Notes: generated by a model not told the origin, from the letters alone. A stretch of 63,931 nt of DNA, filler included, from Octopus bimaculoides (GCF_001194135.2; 7 parts of 6 records of this genome joined end to end with filler, not necessarily neighbours in it); one strand, 5' to 3'; shown: positions 53,741 to 63,931, numbered from the whole stretch's first letter. Made by a program: numbers and translations.

Positions 53741-55207
53741 ATGATATTCAAGATTTTGTATTTCCTTTTAATTATCATATTAGTTGTGAAGAGTGAAAAT
53801 ATAATCAATAATGCTATGAAAAATATTCTATTGGATTATAATATCTCCACTTCAACTGAAAACTTTTCTCCGTGGTTTTTTAAACAAATGGTAGATATCC
53901 TAAACTGTGATTCTTTACCAAAATTAAACAACAGTCAAATACAGTTTGTTTTGAAATGGAATGAAGAAAAGATATATCTGGAACAAACTTGCGATCGATA
54001 TTTTGAAGCAAGCCAAAAGAATACGACTGATATTGTTTGTCTGAATGGTAAATGGAGATATGAAGATAAAAAATGTAAGTTAATAACTTGCCCAACTTTT
54101 CATAAGCCTGCTCACAGTAACATGACAAATGTTTCATACACATATAAATCTGTTATTTACTTTTCCTGCTTTCCTGGTTACTTTTTGCAAGGAAACCGTT
54201 CAATACGCTGTGAAGAAACGAAACAGTGGTCATCTCCCCCACCAGTTTGTAAACTTGTTACATGTATCCCACCTCATACACCAAAACATGCCAATGTGTC
54301 CACTACAAAAGAAGTTGAAGTTAACAAAACAATTCATTTCAATTGTTTGGAACCATATTCATTGAAAGGTAAATCAGTATTAACTTGTCTTGAAGATGGT
54401 GATTGGAGCTTTCCAACACCCGTTTGCACTTGGAAATGTTTAGTGCCCAAAATAGCTGGGAGAGTGACAACTCTCTTGCAAAATAAAGTTTTAAAACCAA
54501 AAACATTAATTCGTAGTGGAAAAAAAGTGTTATATTCTTGTAAACAGCCTTTCCTTCCAGTAGCATTCGGAGTCATTCAATGTTTCTCTGGTAAATGGCA
54601 TCCAGATATTCAGTGTAAAAAGACATGTAAAATTGAGAGAGTAAAGAAATTAAACTATACTTTATCACATAATTTTACAGTAATTGAATATTATTGTCCA
54701 GCAGGAGAAACATTATTAGGGGACTCTAAAAGAACCTGTTTAGAAAACGGAACCTGGAGTAGCAAACTTCCAGTTTGTGTAAAAAAATGTCACCTGTTAC
54801 CTAACTTAGGCATTTATAGCTACCGAAATTCAGACAACTTACAATACCTTCCATTCGGAAGCTCAGTTCCAGAAAACACTAATATAACATATTCATGTCA
54901 GCAAAATTACTCAAAGAAAACAAAGAATGTGAGGTGTTCAGATGGTACATTGACTCCAGTACCACATTGCTCAGACAAAAGATTTTATGTAGAGAGCAAA
55001 AATCTTCGATTCAAAAATCAATCAACTTATTATGTTTGTAAAGATAATTATTCTTGCAATTTTTTTGGTTACCGTGATTACGGTAGCTGTGTCCGAACTT
55101 CATGTTCTTATAACAAGTGTGTTAGTATCAGTGTTGACAAAGCATCAAAGCTGTATATTAAGGCATACCATGACTATTGCTGCATTATTAGGTGTCATGA
55201 GAACTAA
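53741..55207 (+). CDS. Secreted six-sushi (CCP/SCR) domain glycoprotein with Cys-rich C-terminal domain, single coding exon, 488 aa
   Basis: Uninterrupted 1467-nt ORF; in-frame TAG at 53699-53701 upstream; A at -3 of the ATG. Hydrophobic N-terminus MIFKILYFLLIIILVVKS (signal peptide). Six 4-Cys modules at aa 56-112, 117-170, 175-229, 233-292, 296-346, 350-410; modules 1-5 have the conserved Trp before the last Cys (e.g. FSCFPGYFLQGNRSIRCEETKQWSSPPPVC) and module 6 lacks it. 16 N-x-S/T sequons; no TM or GPI-like tail. Confidence 0.93.
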   Translation: MIFKILYFLLIIILVVKSENIINNAMKNILLDYNISTSTENFSPWFFKQMVDILNCDSLPKLNNSQIQFVLKWNEEKIYLEQTCDRYFEASQKNTTDIVCLNGKWRYEDKKCKLITCPTFHKPAHSNMTNVSYTYKSVIYFSCFPGYFLQGNRSIRCEETKQWSSPPPVCKLVTCIPPHTPKHANVSTTKEVEVNKTIHFNCLEPYSLKGKSVLTCLEDGDWSFPTPVCTWKCLVPKIAGRVTTLLQNKVLKPKTLIRSGKKVLYSCKQPFLPVAFGVIQCFSGKWHPDIQCKKTCKIERVKKLNYTLSHNFTVIEYYCPAGETLLGDSKRTCLENGTWSSKLPVCVKKCHLLPNLGIYSYRNSDNLQYLPFGSSVPENTNITYSCQQNYSKKTKNVRCSDGTLTPVPHCSDKRFYVESKNLRFKNQSTYYVCKDNYSCNFFGYRDYGSCVRTSCSYNKCVSISVDKASKLYIKAYHDYCCIIRCHEN

Positions 55208-55331
55208 TATCAAACTATTTTCTACGTATATATAAAATTTACCAGCAATGCTGTTTTGATGCATGAGAGACAACCCTACTTTGTAATTTTAAGAGGTTTC
55301 TGATATTTATTTAATGATATCACTAACTGGT

Positions 55332-55337
55332 AATAAA
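55332..55337 (+). terminator. Candidate polyadenylation signal of the sushi gene
   Basis: First AATAAA after the stop codon (about 125 nt downstream), preceded by an ATTTATTTA AU-rich element. Confidence 0.5.
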
Positions 55338-56084
55338 GCAACTGAACATTTAAACAATTTTCAATCTTCAATATAAATCTATTCTTCTGTGTACTGTTGC
55401 AAGAGTATTCTTCTTCCAGTCAGACACATTTCATCACACTTTCTATTCTATCAGTGAGTGTATTTCAGGAACATTTCCAGGTGAAACATTTTTCAATGAG
55501 TAATTCAACACAGATGAATGGCATACCTACATATACACACATGTATAAATTCATTTAAGTATTAACCCTTGAGCTTAATGTATTAAGCTCATCCACAAGT
55601 ACAAATGAATTTTATACTTCTAATGACTAATTCTGTATGTGTCATTCCAATGACACCTCAAGAATCAATAACTGCATATATTATTGCATTATATATCAAG
55701 ATTGATGGGATTGTATTCAGATAAAACAACTGTAAATTGATGTAATAAAAAGACTTGTTCACTCCATTCTTCTTGTGTGTGGTGTGTGTGTGTGTGTGTG
55801 TGTGTGTACACACACAATAAATAAATTTTTTTATTAGTCACTATGAGGATATTTAGACCTCTTATAGGGATATTTTTAACCAAGAAACACTGGTTTAATA
55901 TATTGTAGTTTGAAGAGAGATGTCTTCAATGGATATATTATAAAATATCAAATATTATTATTAAGTTTGAAAATGGAGAGATTCAATGGATATGAATTAA
56001 TTTATTAATCATTTATCATCATTGCTTACGATTGTTTCATTTCACATCCAGTTTAAATTACAAAATATATATAAATATACGGAA

Positions 56085-57760
56085 ATGCCAGACCCGGGAA
56101 TTCACAGTGCACACCAAGGTAACACAGCAGAACAGGGACAACCTTAGAATCTCTGAGGCCATCCCCATACATTGGACCTAAGCTTAAAATCAGACCCTTA
56201 ATATCAGGAACTAATGGTCCTTTCTATAAGATTTCTTGGTTCCTCTCTAAACTCCTCAAGCCCTTACTACACACATTCCCCAGACACATCAGCAGCTCCC
56301 ACAAAATCTTCACAAGACTCAAAGATATCGATCCCTCCATACTTAAAACTAACAAATACCCTTTTAGTTTAGATGTAGTTTCCTCTCTACACCTCTGTAC
56401 CCGCTCTCCTGGCCAATGATATCCTCATAGACCACATCATGTCCTTATCTTACCCCACTTCTCCCTGTCCCCACCTCCCATATCATCTCTCCCTCCCTCC
56501 CTCCCCTTTAACCTCATCCTCCCCATCTTCCCCTTCATCTTCTCTCACCTCCCCATCCATCAACCTCCAGCTCTTCAGCCTCACATCCTCAAACATTTGA
56601 GAGTTACTAACCATTATAGTTGGTAACACCTACTTGCAATATAATGGTGTGATTTACAAACAGACTTTCGGCCTACCTATGGGATCTAGCCTTTTAGGCC
56701 TGCTGGCCATAAGCTAGAATGCACAGCACTCAACACTTGCTGCTCATGCATCTTCTTCTCCAGGTACATTGATGACATCCTTATCATCACATCCTCCAGG
56801 GAGAGGCCATTAATATACACCGGACCTTCAATAACACTGATATAAACATAAAATTCAAGATTGAACATCCAGACGAATCTGGAACTCTCTCTCTCTCTAC
56901 TCGACTTTCAACTCAAGATCACAGAGGAAGGCTCTATATTTACCAAATTCTACAGAAAAGCCGCTAATAGAAAACTTTTAATCCACTACCAATCAGCCTT
57001 ACCCACCAGAGCCAAAGCCGCATATGTGAGAAATGAGATTGCACGTATAAGCAACAATTGCAGCAACATGACTGACGAAGCCGTCAACATCAAACAGTTC
57101 CTCAGAGATCTAACCCTAAATGGCTACCCACCATCTTTAATTAAATAATGGTGCCTAAAGAACATGAAGGTCAGTAGACCTTGGAAGAACCCTCATACTT
57201 CCAAGTCCAGCACACGCTTCCTAAAGCTACTGCACTTTGATGACAGAACTACTGCAGCAATACAACACGCAGTCCACAGGGAAGGACTCAACATACAGAT
57301 AGTGCACACCGGCTCTTCCCTGAGTAAAGCTCTGTCCAAGAACAACACCTCTCACTACTCTGAGGAATGCACATTGTCGAAATGCCCCATCAATGACCCT
57401 GAATTGTGCAAGAGGACCTAATTTGTATATGAGATACATCTGTGGCAATTGTGGCACATCCTACATAGGAAGCACGACAAGAAAACTGCATATATGCATT
57501 AAGGAACACATACAGGCAGACACTTCCATGAAGAAACACCTATGGAATTGCCAGACCCGGGAATTCAGAGTGCACATCAAGGCAACACAGCGGAACAGAG
57601 GCAACCTTAGAATCTTTGAGGCCATCCTCATACACCAAAGGAAACCCAAGATCAACAACAGAAGAGAGTTACAGGAATCTAGCTGGCTGCTAGAGCAACA
57701 CCTTTCTGTGCACGTCCACTCCACACTTGCTGACACATACGCACGTCAGCAACATTTATC
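56085..57760 (+). mobile_element. Penelope-like element (RT plus GIY-YIG; tentatively Naiad-like), pseudogenised
   Basis: KIRPLISGTNGP..SLDVVS-LYTSVP, KQTFGLPMGS, RYIDD, LDFQL..FYRK..LNGYP, CTLSKCPI..C..CGNCGTSYIGSTTRKLH..KEH; stops, frameshifts and a pyrimidine-rich insertion at about 56445-56570. Confidence 0.92.
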
Positions 57761-57997
57761 TATTCCTCGAAATATTGAATACAAGATAAATCTACATTAC
57801 TTCACATATTTGCTTTCTTGTGATTTACCTTGCATTTACTTTGCATTGTTTTGGCATTCCCAAAATCCTTTATACGAATATATAATATATATATGTATAT
57901 ATACATAATAAAAATATATATAATATGCATAATATATATATAATATATATGTATATATATATGTATGTCTGTCTGTCTCTGTCTCTGTCTTTCTCTC

Positions 57998-58073
<76 letters not shown>

Positions 58074-58199
58074 NNNNNNNNNNNNNNNNNNNNNNNNNNN
58101 NNNNNNNNNNNNNNNNNTTAATTAATTAANNNNNNNNNNNNNNNNNNNNNNNNNNNNNNNNNNNNNNNNNNNNGTGAAGAATAAGAGATGTTACAGCAT

Positions 58200-58480
58200 G
58201 ACTGAAAGCTTAGGGAGGGGAAGTGACAAGGGTAGTAGTGAAATGTGTCCATGTAATACAACACAGACATCTAAATTGATAGGGATTGTTTAGGGATGTG
58301 GGCAGTATTTGTCAGCACAAAATTGTGGATTTCTCTGAGACATTGTTCTCCTGGGATGTTGTCTAGATGTTTCTGACACCCCTTTTTTATCATAACTAGA
58401 GCACCTACAATAACAGGAGCAATATTTGCTTTAAGCGATTCTTGCTTTAACATGCCACGTCTTTTGTATTTCAATTTCTA
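58200..58480 (-). mobile_element. R4/Dong-type LINE 3' end (restriction-like endonuclease C-terminus)
   Basis: PVIVGALVMIKKGCQKHLDNIPGEQCLREIHNFVLTNTAHIPKQSLS. Confidence 0.8.
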
Positions 58481-58768
58481 GGACCTTATATTTACTTAAT
58501 TTGTCAAATTCCTTTACAGATGTATTTTTAGCAGTAGGAACACTTACATCTATTAGTCTACAAGTATTTTTTCTTCTCTTTAATAATTATGCCTGATGGA
58601 TTAGCCTGAATCGTTCTGTCGATGTTGACTGGAAAATCTCAGAAGATAGTAACATTTTCCCCTTCAACGACTGGCTAATATAACTAGTGGGGGAGTATCT
58701 TAGGCATGTGTTGAGAGAAATTCTTTGGGGATTTTATAATTCATCTCAGGAAACATGTGTTTCGTTCA

Positions 58769-58860
58769 TTATGTCATATGGAGGATTAAACCAGATGTAT
58801 TTCCTCTTCTAGATTGTTCTCTCACGTCTGATGAGTAGGTAATTCTCGTGTATATTGGCT
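58769..58860 (-). mobile_element. Short PLE fragment (IWFNPPYD motif)
   Basis: About 90% identical reverse complement of 61677-61769. Confidence 0.8.
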
Positions 58861-58865
58861 AATAT

Positions 58866-58875
58866 AATAATAATG

Positions 58876-58954
<79 letters not shown>

Positions 58955-59001
58955 TAATAACAATAATAATAATAATTATTATTATTATTATTATTATTAT
59001 T
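58866..59001. repeat. (AAT)n tract flipping to (ATT)n
   Basis: Directly visible. Confidence 0.95.
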
Positions 59002-59227
59002 TTAGTAGGCTTTGTCTGAAATCGTTCATCGCAGAACAAGAGGAGACACGTGGGATGCAGAGTGGTTGAAGAGGTCACAGGATGTGTGACAAAAAATGTC
59101 AAACAAACGACACTAAATTAAAGATAACTATAAAGCTGAAGCGAAGACCAAGTATATGGTGCGCGTGGTTAACTGATAGAAAATATGACCATCACCAAAT
59201 ATAACAATATAACAATATGTATATTTT

Positions 59228-59448
59228 TTCTTTTCTTGTTTTTACTCATTTGACTGTGGTCATGCTGGAGCACCACGTTTAGTCGAACGAATCGATCCCA
59301 ATACTTATTCTTTGTAAGCATAGTACTTATTCTATTGGTCTCTTTTGCCGAACCGCTAAGTTACGGGGATGTAAACACACCGACATCGGTTGCCTAGTAA
59401 TGATGGGTGGACAAACACAGACACACAAACATATACATACATATGTAC

Positions 59449-59485
<37 letters not shown>

Positions 59486-59610
59486 CGACGGGCTTTGGTC
59501 GGCCCGAAGCTATAGTAGAAGGCACTTGCCCAAGGTGCCACGCAATGGGACTGAACCCGGAACCATGTGGCTGGTAAGCAGGCTGCTTACCACACAGCCA
59601 CTCCTGCGCC
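59228..59610 (-). mobile_element. Near full-length tRNA-derived CORE-like SINE (OR2-like)
   Basis: Minus strand ggcgcaggagtggctgtgtgg (A-box), ggttcagtccc (B-box), ggcaccttgggcaagtgcc (CORE-like), internal (TA)n, 3' body and gcatgaccacagtcaaatg tail. Confidence 0.85.
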
Positions 59611-60400
59611 TTCGATGTATATATATATTTATATATATATATATACATACATATATGTGTGTGTGTGTGTATTATATATCAGTGTGTATCTATATATAAT
59701 AAAGGATATTAAGGACAATTATGAAGCTGAAGTGAAGACCAAGTATATAGTGCGTGTGGTTAATTGGCAAAAAATATGAGCATGCCTAAATATAACAATA
59801 TATATATATATATANNNNNNNNNNNNNNNNNNNNNNNNNNNNNNNNNNNNNNNNNNNNNNNNNNNNNNNNNNNNNNNNNNNNNNNNNNNNNNNNNNNNNN
59901 NNNNNNNNNNNNNNNNNNNNNNNNNNNNNNNNNNNNNNNNNNNNNNNNNNNNNNNNNNNNNNNNNNNNNNNNNNNNNNNNNNNNNNNNNNNNNNNNNNNN
60001 NNNNNNNNNNNNNNNNNNNNNNNNNNNNNNNNNNNNNNNNNNNNNNNNNNNNNNNNNNNNNNNNNNNNNNNNNNNNNNNNNNNNNNNNNNNNNNNNNNNN
60101 NNNNNNNNNNNNNNNNNNNNNNNNNNNNNNNNNNNNNNNNNNNNNNNNNNNNNNNNNNNNNAAGAGAGAGAATGAAAGTGAGAGAAAGAGAAAGAGAGGG
60201 AGGGAGGGAGGGAGAGGAGGGAGAGGAGGGAGAGGAGGAGGAGGAGATGAAAAGAGTGGGCTGCATAAAGTGGAGTAAAAAGAAATTCAAAACAAAGATG
60301 TAGCAAATTGTGTGAGAGTGTAGATTGATAGATAGATAAAATGAGTGAAAATGAAGGCATAGGATGTTCATGACATAAAATTAATGTTATGTATGTATGC

Positions 60401-60433
<33 letters not shown>

Positions 60434-60633
60434 TGTATGTATGTATGTATGTATGGATGGATGGATGGATGTATCTCTGTATCTTTCTATCTTTCTATAA
60501 ATATATATATATATATACTTGAATACGCGCATACATACATACATATAAATATATATGCGTATATGCATATATATCTGTGTATGTGTGTAGATATGTTTAT
60601 ATATTCATATATATATGTATGCCTGTATATATT

Positions 60634-60667
<34 letters not shown>

Positions 60668-60711
60668 AGCATGTATATATATACATGCATACATATATAT
60701 ATATTTGTATG

Positions 60712-60745
<34 letters not shown>

Positions 60746-61439
60746 CACATATATGTATATATATATATTTATATANNNNNNNNNNNNNNNNNNNNNNNNN
60801 NNNNNNNNNNNNNNNNNNNNNNNNNNNNNNNNNNNNNNNNNNNNNNNNNNNNNNNNNNNNNNNNNNNNNNNNNNNNNNNNNNNNNNNNNNNNNNNNNNNN
60901 NNNNNNNNNNNNNNNNNNNNNNNNNNNNNNNNNNNNNNNNNNNNNNNNNNNNNNNNNNNNNNNNNNNNNNNNNNNNNNNNNNNNNNNNNNNNNNNNNNNN
61001 NNNNNATATATACATGCATATATACATACATATATATATATATATATGTATCTATTTATCTCTCTATATATGTATGTATGTATGTATGTAAGTATATATA
61101 TCATCATCATCGTTTAACGTCCACCTTCCATGGCCAGGAGGAAAAGCTACTGTGCTATTCTGTCTATTTTGACAGGGTTTTTACGGCTGGATGCACTTCC
61201 TAGAACTAATCACACACACACACACACACAAACATACACACACACACACACACAAACATACACACACACACACACATTCACACGAACACACATATATACA
61301 CGCGTACCCCTATCTATACCCACATACAATGTAAACAGTTATACCAAAGGCAAATTTCTTAAGAACATAAGATTTTGATTCAGACATAATCAATGGCATT
61401 AAGTTAACGGTAGCCAACTCCATAGACATAACCCTTTAT

Positions 61440-62350
61440 TTCATAATAAAAGCAAGCATTATTATTATAGAAAGTGAAGTGAGAGCATATATGCATTCAC
61501 GAAAATTAAAACATTCATCCAACTTTAACGCGGATTATTTGTCATCGCGATGCGTAGGGATTTATCTTATGTGTCCTTGAACGTGGACTACTTTAACGAG
61601 GCCATCTATTATCTCCTGTTATAACGATGCAGTAGCTTCCAACTACTGCATCGTTATAATAGGAGATATAATAAGAAGCTAATATACATGGAAAATTACC
61701 TATTCATCAGACGTAAGAGAACAATCTAGAGGAGGAAATAAATCTGGTTTAATCCTCCATATGACATAAACCTTGTTACAAACAGAGCCAGAAATATTTT
61801 ATTTCTTGTAGGATAAATTTCCCATGAACACAAATATAAAATACTTTTCAACATATAAGATTAAGGTCAGCAATTTCTGTCCGCACAACAACATTTCCCA
61901 ACTCCATATTTTACAACTGGAAACACATTCACACGGCTTCAACACTCAGAACCAATATCTAGTGATAGAAATCCTGCTAGTTGCTCATTCAGAGGATTAT
62001 GTTTATCTAAAGCAGTTGTATGTCGACAATTCATAATTATCCTAGGGAAATATTGAAAATACTGTGGCTCTTCCGTGAACACCTCGAAGGACAGTTACGA
62101 ACTACACCTACACTCACTTCGGTCAAAGAATAATCTCTGTCGTAATTCACTTGAAAACTCAGCATTCAAAGATTTCAAACCCTGTTTTGTTGTGAAGCAT
62201 TGTCTGTAAAGCCATACAATGCATTAACGGTTAGAAACACTGCAGCCTTTGTTTAACGGAGTAGTTCCAGATAGTAAAATAATCAGCGATATTAACTAAA
62301 CGGGAGATCGGAAGTGTTATCCGATTATCGTCTTCGGATATTTATTCTGG
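61440..62350 (+). mobile_element. Decayed Penelope-like element 3' half (IWFNPP-type)
   Basis: RRDLSYVSLNVDYFNEAIYY, YNKKLIY, IWFNPPYDINLVTN, KIKVS, CSFRGLCLSKAVV..YCGSS, CSLCLTE. Confidence 0.8.
61611..61667. repeat. Near-perfect hairpin (25-bp arms, one G-T mismatch, 7-nt loop)
   Basis: atctcctgttataacgatgcagtag-cttccaa-ctactgcatcgttataataggagat. Confidence 0.9.
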
Positions 62351-62466
62351 ACAGTTTCTAGATGCTTGAAAGCTTCCGGACCAGCGACAAAAATTCGAAG
62401 TCATCGGATTTAACAAGCTTCATAGAATAGTTACTTTGAGGTGGATTGTCTCTTTTTATACCACAG

Positions 62467-62558
62467 AAGTGTAGTTACCTTCAACCTGTAACGCATTCGA
62501 CCACGTGACTCACCACGACTAATGAGAACAGACCTGCCAATAGTGTTTCACCAAATAG
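62467..62558 (+). other. Candidate 92-nt exon (non-coding or start-codon-bearing)
   Basis: Acceptor tctctttttataccacag and donor AG|gtatgt. All three frames are closed from the 5' end, but an internal ATG gives MRTDLPIVFHQI open to the donor. Confidence 0.3.
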
Positions 62559-62918
62559 GTATGTACGCAGTCTTGTATGTATTTATGTGTGCGCGCGTAC
62601 CTGTGTGTGTGTGTGTGTGTGTGTGTACATACATATGTAAGTAAGCTATATAATATCTTTATAAACAGTGATAATTAAGCTGTTTCTCTGTAGGTTGAAA
62701 AAAATGAACGACTATAATCTATTTCCAAATCTTATGGGATTCTCATCAGGGGTGTCTACATCAATTTCACTAATCCCAGAGAAATAGGCCACCATTCTGT
62801 TTGTATACTCAACAGTANNNNNNNNNNNNNNNNNNNNNNNNNNNNNNNNNNNNNNNNNNNNTTAATTAATTAANNNNNNNNNNNNNNNNNNNNNNNNNNN
62901 NNNNNNNNNNNNNNNNNT

Positions 62919-63215
62919 AGCTAGTAGTACATCTTCTTCGCTAATGCTGATGTATTCCATCGTAACTGCCTCACTGGTTATAGGGGAGGTAGCAAAGAAG
63001 TCCACTGGTTTGTTCACTTGTCTGTGCTCCAATGGAGTGGTGAAGACACTTTTGAATTGCTCATTCAGTACCTCACTGATCCTAGTTGGACTGTCTGTGA
63101 GGGAGCCATCCTTTTCGAAGAGGGGTCCAATCTTGCAGCGTACTGAGGCTGTTTCCTTTGCGTAATGAAAGAAGGCCTTTGGGTTTGACTTAATGTTTTT
63201 TAAATATAATTGTGA
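62919..63215 (-). mobile_element. CR1/L2-group LINE ORF2 fragment (EN-RT linker)
   Basis: IKSNPKAFFHYAK..IGPLFEKDGSLTD..SEVLNEQFKSVFT. Confidence 0.85.
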
Positions 63216-63897
63216 AGAAGAGAGAGACAGAGAAAGAGAGGTATAGATATCGAAAGACGACAATATTTTTACAACTATGTATGGTTTCTTAGATTTTGAA
63301 TTTATGTGGTGGGTGCAGGGAAATCAGAAATCGTATCCAAAGGTGAATATATGTATGCAAATACACACATACACACGCGAAGACACAAACACACACATAC
63401 GCACACAGGCGCTCACACACAAACGCAGACACGAAATTACATACAAACACACCGCACACATTCTCGGAGCAATGTATACGAGCAGATACACATATAGATA
63501 TATGCACACCCCGCACTACATATCTGTGTCAGTTTTGAGTGCTCTTCAATGTATTTATTTGCGTTTACTAGCATCTGTGCGCATGAGAATACATATTCCA
63601 TTATCTATTTCCATATATGAATTTTTTATTGAATAAAATGTGTTCAAATATTCATTTTGCAATGTAGGTATAAACAAAATCCATCATTGCTTACTATTCC
63701 GACAGCAATATTTCCCTAAAGGTGACACGACCATCATAACTCTATTTTCAATGTTTTGAATAAATCACTTTATCGGCAATATATGCGGGTGTAGAATGTT
63801 TTTGCAAGTGTCTGCTCCTCTGTGAGCTTGTGTATGCACACGCATCTATAGAATGATGGATGTATTAATGCTTGACTATCTCTACACATGCTCATAT

Positions 63898-63931
<34 letters not shown>

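Noticed and set aside
53741-55207. Assigning a named gene (CFH, SVEP1, CSMD, lev-9, hig) to the sushi ORF
   Set aside because: The domain architecture matches none of them (no vWA, CUB, EGF, WAP or Ig domains), and generic CCP similarity does not establish orthology.
58828-58850. CTGATGAG motif
   Set aside because: No GAAA follows; it is the antisense of PLE coding sequence.

Overview
Eukaryotic, AT-rich, gap-ridden draft-assembly window (about a quarter N). The extreme (CA/TG/TA/GATA)n density and the SINE/LINE repertoire point to a coleoid cephalopod, most likely Octopus (inference, not verified by search). Most of the sequence is microsatellite plus decayed mobile elements: several Penelope-like elements (PLEs), R4/Dong-type, RTE and CR1 LINE remnants, at least three tRNA-type SINE families, mariner and maT (DD37D) remnants, Helitron termini, one LTR with its polypurine tract, and foldback elements. 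Only one complete protein-coding gene is well supported: an intronless 488-aa ORF at 53741-55207 (+). It has a signal peptide, six tandem sushi/CCP modules, 16 N-glycosylation sequons and an 8-Cys C-terminal domain I do not recognise. A TATA box and an AATAAA lie close by. An intron-free multi-CCP gene is unusual in animals and is the best candidate for novel biology here (a retrogene-like secreted complement-control, adhesion or gland protein). Other points of interest are a tRNA-Asp pseudogene fused to a SINE tail, a 38-nt candidate exon bracketed by inverted SINEs, several near-perfect inverted repeats (possible dsRNA/ADAR substrates), and a degenerate minimal hammerhead ribozyme. No rRNA, intact tRNA or CRISPR array is seen. 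Most ORF-track entries are artefacts of N-runs and microsatellites. Repeat boundaries are read by eye and approximate.
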